A DNA stretch of 64,000 bases from an uncultured Actinomycetes bacterium (GCA_963695975.1 CAVOIB010000002.1:589855-653854), one strand, 5' to 3'. Counted from the first letter of the stretch, positions 18,860 to 29,664 are shown. Made by a program: numbers and translations. The notes: a model not told the origin generated them from the letters alone.

Positions 18860-20251
18860 GTGACCCTCGACGAGCTCTCGGCCGCGGTCCGCGAGCGGCG
18901 GATCTCGGCGGTCGAACTGGTCACGATGTCCCTCGAGCGGATCGAACGGCTGGATCCGCCGCTCAACGCGGTGATCCTCGTCTGCGCGGATCGCGCACTC
19001 GAGGAAGCGCGCACGCTCGACGCGCAGGTGCTGGGGGGCGAGTTCGAGGGCCCGCTCGCCGGTCTTCCGCTCCTGGTGAAGGACATGGAGGACGTCGCGG
19101 GTCTGCCGTCGACGTACGGCTCGGGCATCTTCGCCGAGGCGCCGCCGGCGACTCGCGACGCCGTGGTTCCGAAGCGGCTGCGCGGCGCGGGCGCGATCGT
19201 GGTCGGCAAGACGAATCAGCCGGAGTTCGCGTTCGCGGGGTTCACGGGGAACACCGTCTACGGGACGACCGTGAACCCGTGGGGGACGGAGTGGTCGCCG
19301 GGTGGCTCCAGCGGGGGCTCGGGGGCCGCCGTCGCCGCCGGCATGGCGCCCATCGCTACCGCCACCGACGGCGGCGGCTCGATCCGGATCCCGGCCTCGT
19401 TCTGCGGGCTGGCGGGGCTGAAGCCGACGAACGGCGTGATCGGGCGCGATCCCATCCCCGAATGGATCGATCTCTCGACCTGCGGTCCATTCGCCACATC
19501 GATCGCGGACGTCCGACGTCTCCTCTCGATCGAAGCCGGGCCGGTTCCCGGCGATCCCTCGGCGCTGCCGTTCCCGCTCCCAACCGGCGAAGGCGGCCTG
19601 CCATCCCATGTGTTCGCCGTTCCGAGGTTCGAGGACCTCGGACCGCTGCCCGAGGGGGTCGCTCGGCCGTTCGCGGAAGCGTCGGCGAGCCTCGAGCGTG
19701 ATCTCGGGCTGGAGGTGGAGCGGTTGGAGTCAGGCTCGATCTTCTCGAGCGAGGACGTCGGCGGCGTCTGGCTTACCACATGTGCGTTCGAGCATCTGCA
19801 CGCGCTTGGACCCGACTTCGTCCGCGAGCACATGGAACGCTTCTCGCCGGATTTCGGCTCCACCATGCGCCACGCGTTGACGATCAGCCCTGAGGCCTAC
19901 ATGGCGGCGCGGCGCCGGCGGTTCGAGCTGGTGCGCGACCTCGACGTGCTGCTCGGCGGATCCGGCGTGCTGGTCATGCCGACGATGGCGGTAGTCGGCC
20001 TGTTCCCCGATGGCCGAGCACCGGGCGACCCACCCTCGGATGCAGCGATCTACAACACGGACCCTCAGAACCTCACGGGACACCCGGCGCTGTCCGTTCC
20101 CGCAGGTGTCTGCGAGAACGGGATCCCGTTCGGGCTGCAGATCACGGGACCGCGGTTCCGCGACGACCTGGTGTTGAACCTCGGCGAAGCGTGGGAGGCC
20201 GCGAACCCGTGGCCGCTCGCCGCGCCCGGCTACGAGCCGTTCGCGATCTAG
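18860..20251 (+). CDS. Amidase (amidase-signature family)
   Basis: AS-family Ser-cisSer-Lys motif GGSSGGSGAAVAAG...GGSIRIPAS, 463 aa. GTG start. Confidence 0.85.
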   Translation: MTLDELSAAVRERRISAVELVTMSLERIERLDPPLNAVILVCADRALEEARTLDAQVLGGEFEGPLAGLPLLVKDMEDVAGLPSTYGSGIFAEAPPATRDAVVPKRLRGAGAIVVGKTNQPEFAFAGFTGNTVYGTTVNPWGTEWSPGGSSGGSGAAVAAGMAPIATATDGGGSIRIPASFCGLAGLKPTNGVIGRDPIPEWIDLSTCGPFATSIADVRRLLSIEAGPVPGDPSALPFPLPTGEGGLPSHVFAVPRFEDLGPLPEGVARPFAEASASLERDLGLEVERLESGSIFSSEDVGGVWLTTCAFEHLHALGPDFVREHMERFSPDFGSTMRHALTISPEAYMAARRRRFELVRDLDVLLGGSGVLVMPTMAVVGLFPDGRAPGDPPSDAAIYNTDPQNLTGHPALSVPAGVCENGIPFGLQITGPRFRDDLVLNLGEAWEAANPWPLAAPGYEPFAI

Positions 20252-21040
20252 TCACGCCGTCAGATCACGCCGTTCGAACGCGAGGAGCGCCAGCCCGAGC
20301 AGGACCGCGGCGAGGACCACGAGGACCAACGCATGGACGGGATCGAGACCGTTCTGGAGCGGGTCGTTGCCGATGTAGTAGTAGAACGGGGAGAGCTTCT
20401 GCATCGAACGGATCGCGTCCACCGACGGCGCGAGCACGTTGAACAGGTACGTGACGACGCCGACCGACGCCACCACGGCGATCGCCAGGCCGCGCTTCCC
20501 TTGCCAGGCGCCCATCGCGAGCGCGCCCGCGCCGAAGCCGATCGCGAGCAAGACGGCAGAGAGCACGGCCTCACCGAGGTTCGCGAGGCTGATGCGCAGG
20601 CCGAAGAGGGGTCCGAACAGGGCGACCGCGAGCCACATGACGACACCCACGCCGGCCGTCGCCACGACCATCGCCCAGAACTTCTCCAACAAGACGCGAC
20701 GCCGTGGGATCGGATTCGCCAGCAGCAGGTCCAGGGTTCCGCGCTCCTCCTCACCGGCGATCCCTCGAGCGCCGGCGCCGATCGCGAGGATCATGAGGAG
20801 CAGGGGACCCATGATGCTGAAGATCTCGCTCTGGAGATAACAGGTGGGCGAGGAGAAGTCGATGCAACCGATCATGTTCCGCACCGTGTCGGGCAAGCTG
20901 TCGAAGTACTGGTTCAGACTCGCGTTCCCTTTGATGCTCGGGTAGAAGGACGCGTAGAGCAGCACGAGCGCGGCCATGCCGAGTGCCCAGCCGGTCAACG
21001 CGCGCCGTTGATCCGCCAGCGTCTTCCGGAAGACGATCAC
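20252..21040 (-). CDS. ABC-2 type transporter permease
   Basis: Six TM segments. GTG start overlaps the ATPase stop (GTGA). The track ORF was over-extended into the ATPase gene. Confidence 0.75.
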   Translation of the reverse strand: MIVFRKTLADQRRALTGWALGMAALVLLYASFYPSIKGNASLNQYFDSLPDTVRNMIGCIDFSSPTCYLQSEIFSIMGPLLLMILAIGAGARGIAGEEERGTLDLLLANPIPRRRVLLEKFWAMVVATAGVGVVMWLAVALFGPLFGLRISLANLGEAVLSAVLLAIGFGAGALAMGAWQGKRGLAIAVVASVGVVTYLFNVLAPSVDAIRSMQKLSPFYYYIGNDPLQNGLDPVHALVLVVLAAVLLGLALLAFERRDLTA

Positions 21041-21945
21041 GTCGGCTCCGAGCCATCCCGGCCGTAGAACGTGAGGAAGATGTCCTCCAGGCTCGGTTCG
21101 TGGCTGGCGATGTCGATGACGTCGAACCGCGCCGCCGCCTTGATGAGCGCGTCCGCCGAGCCCGCGACCGTGCACCGGACGACGTCCCCGTGGATCTCCA
21201 GTTCACGGACATCCGGCAGGCCGGCGAACGCCTCGGCCGGAACGGGTTCGGCGAAGTGCAGCTCGATCTCGCGCACCGCACGCGTCTTCAGATCGCCGAC
21301 GTCTTCGACGGCGATCACCCGGCCCTCGCGGATGATACCGACCCGGTCGCAGACGCGCTCGACCTCGGGAAGGTCGTGCGACGAGAGGAAGATCGTCTGG
21401 CCTGCACGGCGCGCTTCCAGCACGAGCCCGTGGAACGTCTGCTGCACGATCGGGTCGAGTCCCTGGGTCGGTTCGTCCAGGATCAGCAGCGGCGGCCGGT
21501 GCATGAACGCCTGGATCAGCCCGAGCTTCTGTCGGTTGCCGTGTGAGAGTGAGGCGATCTTCGCGTCGAGATCGGCCTGCAAGCGGTCGGCGAGCGAAGC
21601 GACGATCTCGCTCTCGACACCCCCGCGGAGCGTTGCGAAGTACCTCAGGTAGTCCTTCCCGGTCATGTGCTCGTAGAGAGAGAACTCCCCGGGGAGATAA
21701 CCGACCCGACGGTGGATCTCGACCACGTCGCGTTGGGGATCGAGGCCCAGCACGGTCGCGCGGCCCGAGGTCGGTCGGATGAAGTCCAGGAGCGTGCGGA
21801 TGGTGGTCGTCTTCCCCGCGCCGTTCGGCCCCAGGAACCCGAACACCTCACCGGTGCCGATCGACATTGTGACGTCGACGATCCCCCGGCTCCGTCCGTA
21901 CGATTTCGTGAGCCCGGCAGTCGCGATGGCTGGGTCGGCGCTCAC
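21037..21945 (-). CDS. ABC transporter ATP-binding protein
   Basis: Walker A GPNGAGKTT, signature LSHGNRQKL, Walker B LLILDEPT. GTG start trimmed from the 446-aa track ORF. Confidence 0.85.
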   Translation of the reverse strand: MSADPAIATAGLTKSYGRSRGIVDVTMSIGTGEVFGFLGPNGAGKTTTIRTLLDFIRPTSGRATVLGLDPQRDVVEIHRRVGYLPGEFSLYEHMTGKDYLRYFATLRGGVESEIVASLADRLQADLDAKIASLSHGNRQKLGLIQAFMHRPPLLILDEPTQGLDPIVQQTFHGLVLEARRAGQTIFLSSHDLPEVERVCDRVGIIREGRVIAVEDVGDLKTRAVREIELHFAEPVPAEAFAGLPDVRELEIHGDVVRCTVAGSADALIKAAARFDVIDIASHEPSLEDIFLTFYGRDGSEPT

Positions 21946-22787
21946 GACTCCTGCCGGAGATAGACGAACCAGTACACGGTGCCCACGAGGAACGCGCCGC
22001 CGACGATGTTGCCGAGCGTGGCTGCGACGAGGTTCGTCACGAACCCCCCGAGGTCCAGGCTCGCGAACTGGCTCGGTGTCAGACCGGACGCCTGCGCAAG
22101 GCCCGGCTGATCCTTGATCACCATCCCGAGCGGGATGAAGTACATGTTCGCGACGCTGTGCTCGAAGCCCGCGGCGACGAACGCGCTGATCGGGAAGATG
22201 ATCGCGACGATCTTGTCGAGGACCGAGCGTCCCCCCGCCGCGAGCCAGACCGCGAGGCAGACGAGCGCGTTCGCCAGGATGCCGCGCACGAAGATCACAC
22301 CGAACGGCAAGCTCGTTTTCACGGCCGCCGTAGCGAGCGCCGTCGCACCGACCGCGCCGTCCGCTTGCTTCCACCACTGGCCCGCCCAGACCATGGCGAC
22401 GATGCTGAGCGCTCCTACCAGGTTGCCGACATACACGATCCCCCAGTTCCGGAGCAGACGGCCGACCGTGATGTGGCCGCTCACCAGGCTCATCACGATC
22501 AAGTTGTTACCGGTGAACAGCTCCGCCCCCGCGACCACGACGAGGATCAGGCCGAGGGAGAACCCGATCCCCGCGAGCCACTTGGTCGGACCGTAGCCCA
22601 GGCTCGAGCCGGTGGCGATCGTCGTCGACAGGACGGCGCCGAGCCCGATGAACGCGCCGGCCAGGACGCCCAGGACGAACAGCGGGATCGTCGGCGCGTT
22701 CGCCTTCGCCACGCCTCGGGTCTCGACGAGCTGTGCGATCTCCTTCGGGGCGAACGCATCCATCCCCGACATCGGGTGCGTGCTCAT
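21942..22787 (-). CDS. Formate/nitrite transporter (FNT) family channel
   Basis: FNT fold with six TM segments (AGAELFTGNN, FEHSVANMY). Start ambiguous: 22787, 22763 or 22823. Confidence 0.8.
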   Translation of the reverse strand: MSTHPMSGMDAFAPKEIAQLVETRGVAKANAPTIPLFVLGVLAGAFIGLGAVLSTTIATGSSLGYGPTKWLAGIGFSLGLILVVVAGAELFTGNNLIVMSLVSGHITVGRLLRNWGIVYVGNLVGALSIVAMVWAGQWWKQADGAVGATALATAAVKTSLPFGVIFVRGILANALVCLAVWLAAGGRSVLDKIVAIIFPISAFVAAGFEHSVANMYFIPLGMVIKDQPGLAQASGLTPSQFASLDLGGFVTNLVAATLGNIVGGAFLVGTVYWFVYLRQES

Positions 22788-22850
22788 GGTGGGATGAAAG
22801 CGCAATTCGTCGGATGGCGCCACCGGACGAACGACCCGGCGATCACGGGC

Positions 22851-24269
22851 CTAGGGCCCGAGGTTGTAGCCCATCCGGCGAGGCAGGCGTGCCACGAAGT
22901 CCACGATCGGGCTGGGCGCTTCGTCGCGGTCCTCCAGCTCATCCTTATGCCAGATCGCCTTGTTGGCGACGAAGGCCCCCGGAGTCCGCACCGGCTCCGG
23001 GGGGAAGCGCATCGGCTGCTCGGTGACGACGGGGAGCGAGAACAGCTCGTTGGGGCGGTCGAGCGCCATGGACGCCAGGATCCGTCCACCGAGGTGCGAG
23101 GGACCGACGCCGTTCCCCGTGTAGCCGTGGCCGTACGCGACCCGGCCGCGCTCCAGCAGGCCGAAGAAGGGGATGTGGTGACCGGCGACGTCGATCGGTC
23201 CTCCCCACGCCGCCTGGATCCCCACGTCAGCGAACGTCGGGAACATGCGATAGAGATCGTCGGCCGCCACGCGGACCGCGCGCTCGTCCCACGCGAACCG
23301 CGGTCCGATCGTACGGGCCAGTCCCGGCTGCATGCCACCGACGCCGAACGCGATCCTTCCGTCGGGCGTGGTCCGCACATAGTGCAGCGCGGCGCGGTGG
23401 TCCCACAGCCCCATCCCGTTCGTCCATCGGAGCGCCTCGAGCTTCTCGGGCGCGGGCTCGGTCAGCGCGATGTAGCTGCCGCGGACCGTGAGCGAGCGGC
23501 GGAAGCGCTTCCAGCGGGCGGCCCACGCGTTCAACGCGATCACGGCCGCGCCGGCACGAACAGCTCCGCCAGGGGTTTCGGCCACCGCCGGGGAGCCTGC
23601 TCCGAAGCGCATCACGGGCGTCTGTTCGTAGATCCGAACCCCCCGCTCGATCAGGACGCGGCGCATCCCGCGGGCCAGTCGCGCCGGCTGCACCGTGGCG
23701 CCCCTCGCCGTCACGATGCCACCGTGCAGCCTCGGGCTGTCGATCAGCTCACGCACGTCGTGCCGGTCGACGACCGTGAACAGGTCGGGCATCCCCAGTC
23801 GCTCGGCGGCCATCACGTTGCCGGCCCAGTAGCCGATCTGCGATTCGGAGCTCGCGGCCCCGAGGTCCCCGTCCGGCCGGAACCAGGCATCGATCCCGTG
23901 CTCGACGCAGAATCGTCCGATCGACTCGACGCTCACTTCGCCTGCTCGGCAGAGGGCGAGCGTGGCTGCATCGCCGAAGCGGTGGCAAAGCTCAGAGAGT
24001 GAGCTCCACCAACTGTTCACGAAGCCCCCGTTCCGCCCGCTCGGGCCGCCCCCACAGATGTCCTGTTCGAGCAGCACGACGTCGAGTTCCGGCTCCTGCT
24101 CCTTGAGGAACCACGCCGTCCACATGCCTGTGAATCCTCCGCCGAGCACGACGACGTCTGCCGTGGTGTCGCGGTCGAGGGGAGGTGCGGGCTCGCCGGG
24201 CTCGTCGGCGAGCGCTTCGCGCAGCCACCAGCTACGCCCCGCGTCTGGCGGAAGGATGGATGAGCTCAT
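22851..24269 (-). CDS. FAD-dependent oxidoreductase (DAO/glycine-oxidase-like)
   Basis: Dinucleotide-binding motif DVVVLGGGFTGMWTAW. Start ambiguous: MSSSIL at 24269 or MNRST at 24296. Confidence 0.75.
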   Translation of the reverse strand: MSSSILPPDAGRSWWLREALADEPGEPAPPLDRDTTADVVVLGGGFTGMWTAWFLKEQEPELDVVLLEQDICGGGPSGRNGGFVNSWWSSLSELCHRFGDAATLALCRAGEVSVESIGRFCVEHGIDAWFRPDGDLGAASSESQIGYWAGNVMAAERLGMPDLFTVVDRHDVRELIDSPRLHGGIVTARGATVQPARLARGMRRVLIERGVRIYEQTPVMRFGAGSPAVAETPGGAVRAGAAVIALNAWAARWKRFRRSLTVRGSYIALTEPAPEKLEALRWTNGMGLWDHRAALHYVRTTPDGRIAFGVGGMQPGLARTIGPRFAWDERAVRVAADDLYRMFPTFADVGIQAAWGGPIDVAGHHIPFFGLLERGRVAYGHGYTGNGVGPSHLGGRILASMALDRPNELFSLPVVTEQPMRFPPEPVRTPGAFVANKAIWHKDELEDRDEAPSPIVDFVARLPRRMGYNLGP

Positions 24270-24384
24270 CGGTCGGAGGATAGTCGAGCGGTTCATCCGC
24301 GAGGCCGGTCGCGACCCCGGCTCAGCGTTCGTGTCCGTTGATACGGTGTGAGGCCTCACCCCGAGCGTCCAGGAGGCAGGGCAG

Positions 24385-26061
24385 GTGGCAGGCGATCGGC
24401 CCCGTAGCTGGGAGGTCACGGAAGGACCGGAGCGCGCCCCGGCCCGCGCGATGCTCCGCGCCGTCGGCTTCTCCGAGGACGACTTCGGCAAGCCCCAAGT
24501 GGCAGTCGCCTCGTCCTGGAACGAGGTCACGCCGTGCAACTACCACCTGGACAAGCTCGCCGCCCTCGCGAAGGAGGGTGTGCGTCAGGCCGGCGCCGTG
24601 CCTGTCGAGTTCACGACGATCGCCGTCTCCGACGGCATCGCGATGGGCCATGAGGGGATGAAGGCATCGCTCATCAGCCGGGAGGTGATCGCCGACTCCG
24701 TGGAGCTCGTGATGCACGCCGAGCGGTTCGACGGTCTCGTCGGGATCGCGGGGTGCGACAAGTCCGAGCCCGCCATGCTCATGGCGATGGCCCGTCTGAA
24801 CCTCCCGTCGGTCTACCTCTACGGGGGCACGATCCTCCCCGGGACGTATCAGGGCCACGACATCACGATCCAGGACGTGTTCGAGGCGGTCGGTGCACAC
24901 GCGAAGGGGTCGATGAGTGACGGCGAGCTGCTGGAGATCGAACGCGCCGCCTGCCCGACGACGGGTTCATGCGCCGGCATGTACACCGCCAACACGATGG
25001 CCGCCGCCGCCGAGGCGCTCGGGATGTCGCTGCCCGGCGCGGCGTCGCCCCCGGCGGTCGACTACCGTCGCGAGGTCCTCGCGCGCGAGTCGGGCATCCG
25101 CGCGGCCGAGATCCTCGCGGAGGATGGTCCGCGTCCGCGCGACGTCCTGACCCGAGAGGCGTTCGAGAACGCGATCACGGTCGTGATGGCCCTGGCCGGA
25201 TCGACGAACGCCGTGCTGCACCTGTTGGCCATCGCCCGGGAAGCAGGTGTACCGCTCGAGCTCGACGACTTCGATCGCATCTCACGGGTCGTGCCGCATC
25301 TGGTCGACGTGCGACCGGCTGGTCGCTTCGTGATGTCGGATCTGGATCGCGTCGGCGGCGTTCCGGTCGTGATGCGAGAGCTGCTGGAGGCCGGACTGTT
25401 ACATGGCGACGCGCTCACCATCACCGGCAAGACGGTCGCCGAGAACCTGGCCGCGCTCGCGCCCCTGGAACCGGATGGGACCGTCGTGAGACCGATCTCG
25501 GCGCCGATCCATCCGACCGGTGGCACGGCCATCTTGCGCGGCTCGATCGCGCCCGACGGCTGCGTGATGAAGATCGCCGGCGCGGAGGGAACCGTGTTCA
25601 GCGGGACCGCGCGGCCGTTCGACTCCGAGAAGGAGGCGTTCGCCGCGTTGACGGCCGGCCACATCTCGGCAGGAGACGTGATCGTGATCCGGTACGAAGG
25701 TCCGAAGGGTTCGCCGGGCATGCCGGAGATGCTTGCGGTGACGGCCGCCGTGGCTGGCGCCGGGCTGGGCAAGGACGTCGCGCTGATCACGGACGGCCGT
25801 TTCAGCGGTGCCACGAAGGGGTTCTCCGTCGGCCACATCGCGCCGGAGGCATTCGTCGGTGGCCCGATCGCGCTGATCCATGAAGGTGACGAGATCGTGA
25901 TCGACGCCGACGCTCGACGGATCGACGTGACCGTCGACGAGGCGACGCTCGCTGAGCGGAAGGCCACTTGGACGGCGCCAGAACCTCGGTACACCAGCGG
26001 AGCGCTCGCGAAGTACGCGAAGCTCGTGGGATCCGCGGAGCATGGAGCGATCACGGGATGA
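24385..26061 (+). CDS. ilvD: Dihydroxy-acid dehydratase
   Basis: ILVD/EDD signatures (CDKSEPAM; C-terminal [16 protein letters not shown]), 558 aa. GTG start with RBS AGGAGG. Confidence 0.9.
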   Translation: MAGDRPRSWEVTEGPERAPARAMLRAVGFSEDDFGKPQVAVASSWNEVTPCNYHLDKLAALAKEGVRQAGAVPVEFTTIAVSDGIAMGHEGMKASLISREVIADSVELVMHAERFDGLVGIAGCDKSEPAMLMAMARLNLPSVYLYGGTILPGTYQGHDITIQDVFEAVGAHAKGSMSDGELLEIERAACPTTGSCAGMYTANTMAAAAEALGMSLPGAASPPAVDYRREVLARESGIRAAEILAEDGPRPRDVLTREAFENAITVVMALAGSTNAVLHLLAIAREAGVPLELDDFDRISRVVPHLVDVRPAGRFVMSDLDRVGGVPVVMRELLEAGLLHGDALTITGKTVAENLAALAPLEPDGTVVRPISAPIHPTGGTAILRGSIAPDGCVMKIAGAEGTVFSGTARPFDSEKEAFAALTAGHISAGDVIVIRYEGPKGSPGMPEMLAVTAAVAGAGLGKDVALITDGRFSGATKGFSVGHIAPEAFVGGPIALIHEGDEIVIDADARRIDVTVDEATLAERKATWTAPEPRYTSGALAKYAKLVGSAEHGAITG

Positions 26062-26068
26062 ACCCTCG

Positions 26069-27307
26069 ATGACGGCGAGGATCACGTCCCCCAGCGCGCT
26101 GCAGTGCCGCGAGTGCGGTCAGCAGTATCCGATCGAGCCGCTCACGATCTGCGAGGAGTGTTTCGGCCCGCTCGAGCCCGCGTACGACCTGCAGTCGATC
26201 GACGGCGAGGTGTTCCGCAAGCAAGCTGAGGCCGGTCCGCGGACGCTCTGGCGCTACGAGTCGCTCTTGCCCGGCGGTTTGGGGATCGAACGCGTCGACC
26301 TCGGAGCCGGGTTCACCCCGCTGCGGGAGGCCAAGAACCTGGCCGCGCGTCTGGGGCTCGAGTCGCTCTGGATCAAAGACGATTCCGTCAACCCCTCGAA
26401 CTCGTTCAAGGATCGCGTCGTCTCGATCGCCGTCACGATGGCCCGGGTGTTCGGGTTCGAGGCAGTGTCGTGCGCCTCCACCGGCAACCTCGCGAACGCT
26501 ACCGCCGCGCACGCGGCGAAAGCGGGACTCCCCGCGTACATCTTCGTTCCCGACGACCTCGAGCTTGCGAAGATCCTCGCGACCGAGGCTTACGGCGCGA
26601 AGGTCGTCGCCGTCAAGGGCAACTACGACGATGTGAACCGGCTCTGCTCCGAGGTCGCCGAGGTCCTGCCGTGGGCGTTCGTCAACGTGAACTTGCGGCC
26701 CTATTACGCGGAGGGATCGAAGACGCTGGGGTTCGAGACGGCCGAGCAGCTCGGTTGGCGGCTGCCGGATCACGTCGTGGTCCCGATCGCCTCCGGCGCT
26801 CTCCTCTGCAAGATCCATCGAGCGTTCAGCGAGCTGATCGCGGTGGGGGCGGTCGACGAGAAGCCGTACCGGGTGAGCGGCGCGCAGCCCGAGGGGTGCG
26901 CGCCCGTCGCACGAGCGTTCATCGCCGGCGCCGACGAGGTGCGTCCGGTGAAGCCGGACACGATCGCGCGTTCGCTGGCGATCGGCTCACCCGCAGACGG
27001 CTTCTACGCGCTCCAGGTGGCCCGACAGACCGGTGGCTCCATCGGCTGGTGCCCCGAGGAAGAGATCGTGGATGGGATCCGTCTGCTGGCCGAGACCGAG
27101 GGCGTGTTCACAGAAACGGCGGGTGGCGTGACCGTGGCGAACCTGAAGCGCATGGTCGAGGACGGCACGATCGCGCCGGACGAAGAGGTCGTCGCATACA
27201 TCACGGGGAACGGCTACAAGACGATCGACGCGCTCGAGGGTCGCATCGAGGCCAGCTACCATGTGGCGCCCGATCTCGACGAGTTCCTCGCGATGCTCGG
27301 AGCCTGA
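26069..27307 (+). CDS. thrC: Threonine synthase
   Basis: N-terminal Zn-ribbon-like CRECGQQYPIEPLTICEECFGPLE, PLP lysine NPSNSFKDR, ~412 aa. Confidence 0.85.
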   Translation: MTARITSPSALQCRECGQQYPIEPLTICEECFGPLEPAYDLQSIDGEVFRKQAEAGPRTLWRYESLLPGGLGIERVDLGAGFTPLREAKNLAARLGLESLWIKDDSVNPSNSFKDRVVSIAVTMARVFGFEAVSCASTGNLANATAAHAAKAGLPAYIFVPDDLELAKILATEAYGAKVVAVKGNYDDVNRLCSEVAEVLPWAFVNVNLRPYYAEGSKTLGFETAEQLGWRLPDHVVVPIASGALLCKIHRAFSELIAVGAVDEKPYRVSGAQPEGCAPVARAFIAGADEVRPVKPDTIARSLAIGSPADGFYALQVARQTGGSIGWCPEEEIVDGIRLLAETEGVFTETAGGVTVANLKRMVEDGTIAPDEEVVAYITGNGYKTIDALEGRIEASYHVAPDLDEFLAMLGA

Positions 27308-27554
27308 TCGGTCCGACCCGGCGCCTGCGCGTTCATGTGGAGATGGAGCTGTAGCCGGACAGGTCCGGAAGCTCCTTGGGAGTCTTGCGTATCTGCTCCC
27401 CTCCGGATGGGTTGCGTCCGAGTCTGACACCGTCCATGCGAGCACGCTCACGGCTTGACCGGACGGCGTATTGCATTCTCGATCGGAACGGGACAAACTC
27501 GCTCCCGTTCGGTCAGCGACCGGCCACGTGCAGGCACGATTCAAGGGGGGGTGC

Positions 27555-29198
27555 ATGTCGAGCCAGGGGAGCGATCAGGCGGCGCGCGATACCGCCGATC
27601 TGGAACGATTCGGATACAAACAGGAGCTGAACCGCGGGTTGGGCACCTTCAGCTCGTTCGCCGTGGCGTTCAGCTACATCTCACCGTCCACGGGCATCTT
27701 CACGCTGTTCTTCCTCGGTATGTCGGCTCTCGGGGCGCGGCTGTGGTGGACATGGCCGGTCGTGGCAGTGTTCCAGTTCATCGTCGCGCTGAACTTCGCC
27801 GAGGTGACGAGTCACTTCCCGCTCGCCGGATCGGTCTTCCAATGGACTAAGTACCTGGGGGGCCGCGGCTATGCCTGGATCACCGGTTGGTTCTACATCT
27901 TCGCCGGCATCCTAACGGTCGCGTCGGTGTGTGCCACCCTTCCGATCGCGCTGATCCCCGCGCTGAACAACATGTTCGGATGGCACCTGAACGACGCGCT
28001 CGGGAGCGCCGACCAGAAGGTGGTCGCGCTCATCACGCTCGTCCTGATCACGGTCCTCAACATCTTCGGCGTGAAGATCGTCGCCATCGTCAACAACACC
28101 GGCGTCATCTTCGAGATCCTCGGCATGGTCGTGTTCGCCGTGTTCCTGGCGATCGTGCACAACAACAACGGCGTCGGCGTGATCTTCAGCTCCTCCCAAT
28201 CCGGGAACTATGTGCAGTTCCCCGCGGCGACGACCCTTCCCTTCTTCCTTGTTGGGATGTTCATGTCGTTGTACGTGATCTATGGGTTCGATACCGCGTC
28301 CACCCTCGCGGAGGAGACCAGGAACCCTCGGGTCGAGGCGCCGAAGGCGGTGCTCGCATCGGTGATCGGTGCATTCATCATCGGTGCGATCTTCCTCTGG
28401 GGCGTCCTGATCGCCACTCCGAGCATCAAGGACGCTGCCGCATCGTTGGCGTCCTCCCCGGCAGTGGTCATCGGTGAGGTGATGAGCAAGGCGGGTACCA
28501 CGTTGTACCTGTTGGTCGTTTCGGCGGCGATCTTCGTGTGCTGCATGTCGATCTTGACATCCACGATCCGACTGGCGTTCGGGATGGCACGAGACGATCA
28601 GCTGCCGTTCTCACGAGCGATGTCGAAGGTCAACCCGAGTTTGCATACGCCGGTCGTGACGTGTGTCATCATCGGGGTGCTGTCCGCAGTGCCGTTCATC
28701 CAGTTCGTCGGCGCCGCCGTGATCGCGGTCGGTGCGACTGCCTCGATCTACCTGAGCTACCTACTGGGGAACTTCGCCGTGATGCGGGCCCGGATGAAAG
28801 GGTGGCCGAAGACGTCCGCGCCGTTCAAGCTCGGCGGTTGGGGCAAGGTCGTGAACGTGGTGGCGATCGTGTGGGGGCTCGCGATGATGCTGAACTTCCT
28901 CACACCGTCATCGGCGGTGTCGGCGTGGGATTCGGGGTCGGCGTCTGCCTCGAACTACCTCCGGGTCTTCTCGAACCCGAAGCCGGTGCAATCCGACTAC
29001 TACGTCCAGGGTCAGCAGTTGCTGGACTTCAAGATCGACTTCCTCAACAAGATCCCCGTGATCTGGACCGTCTTCGTCGTGATCTTCATCGCCGGGGCCC
29101 TCTACTACCTGCTCGCCCAGCGGAAGAAGCCATGGGAGCCGGTGGTGCCCCCCGATGAGGATCTGACAGGGATCGTCCCAGCGGCCGGATCCTCTTAG
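27555..29198 (+). CDS. APC-family amino acid permease
   Basis: Twelve TM segments and APC signatures. Preceded by a ~250-nt structured leader. Confidence 0.8.
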   Translation: MSSQGSDQAARDTADLERFGYKQELNRGLGTFSSFAVAFSYISPSTGIFTLFFLGMSALGARLWWTWPVVAVFQFIVALNFAEVTSHFPLAGSVFQWTKYLGGRGYAWITGWFYIFAGILTVASVCATLPIALIPALNNMFGWHLNDALGSADQKVVALITLVLITVLNIFGVKIVAIVNNTGVIFEILGMVVFAVFLAIVHNNNGVGVIFSSSQSGNYVQFPAATTLPFFLVGMFMSLYVIYGFDTASTLAEETRNPRVEAPKAVLASVIGAFIIGAIFLWGVLIATPSIKDAAASLASSPAVVIGEVMSKAGTTLYLLVVSAAIFVCCMSILTSTIRLAFGMARDDQLPFSRAMSKVNPSLHTPVVTCVIIGVLSAVPFIQFVGAAVIAVGATASIYLSYLLGNFAVMRARMKGWPKTSAPFKLGGWGKVVNVVAIVWGLAMMLNFLTPSSAVSAWDSGSASASNYLRVFSNPKPVQSDYYVQGQQLLDFKIDFLNKIPVIWTVFVVIFIAGALYYLLAQRKKPWEPVVPPDEDLTGIVPAAGSS

Positions 29199-29210
29199 GC
29201 GTCGGGTTCG

Positions 29211-29235
29211 GGGGCGGCCGCGAAGCGGCCGCCCC
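29211..29235 (+). terminator. Intrinsic terminator-like hairpin GGGGCGGCCG-cgaag-CGGCCGCCCC
   Basis: Perfect 10-bp GC stem with a 5-nt loop, 12 nt after the permease stop. No U-tract, as is usual in high-GC actinobacterial terminators. Confidence 0.6.
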
Positions 29236-29265
29236 GCGACCACGCGTCCGGTTACCCTTCCTGCG

Positions 29266-29634
29266 ATGAAGATCGTCAAGTCCCCCGCCGCCGACGCGTT
29301 CATCGCCGAACGCGGTGGCAAGGTCTGGGTTTGGCTGGACCCTCGCCGCGGGCTCGTCGGTTCCTATGTGTGGCTCGAGACACACTGCGAGCCGCCCGGG
29401 AGCAGTCGTCGGTCGAACTTCACGCGGAGCTCGAAGCGCGGTCATCGCTTCAAGGTCGAGACCGGCTCCGGTTTCGAGGTCCACTACGACTTCGGTCGAC
29501 TGGATCTCCCGGACGAGCTGCATTTCGACGTCAAAGGCCTGCGGAAGAAGACGAAGCGTCTCGAGGCGTATTGGAACGGCTGCGTCTTCGCCGGTCCCGA
29601 CGTGCCGGCACCTCCCGCCGATCGTTCGGTGTAG
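29266..29634 (+). CDS. Hypothetical protein (122 aa)
   Basis: High GC3. No recognisable motif. Confidence 0.4.
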   Translation: MKIVKSPAADAFIAERGGKVWVWLDPRRGLVGSYVWLETHCEPPGSSRRSNFTRSSKRGHRFKVETGSGFEVHYDFGRLDLPDELHFDVKGLRKKTKRLEAYWNGCVFAGPDVPAPPADRSV

Positions 29635-29664
29635 GAACCCGCGGTCCGTCGGGATACTTGAGGG

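Noticed and set aside
20246-20275. CTAGTCACGCCGTCAGATCACGCCGT at the amidase/permease junction as a fourth copy of the palindrome
   Set aside because: It shares only CTAGTC and lacks the inverted right arm. It is a 9-nt direct repeat instead, so I did not count it as a copy.
22158-24002. 614-aa + strand ORF, Arg/Asp/His-rich
   Set aside because: It lies entirely antisense to the FNT transporter and FAD-oxidoreductase genes, which have clear family signatures. Composition is typical of the mirror frame of high-GC genes.
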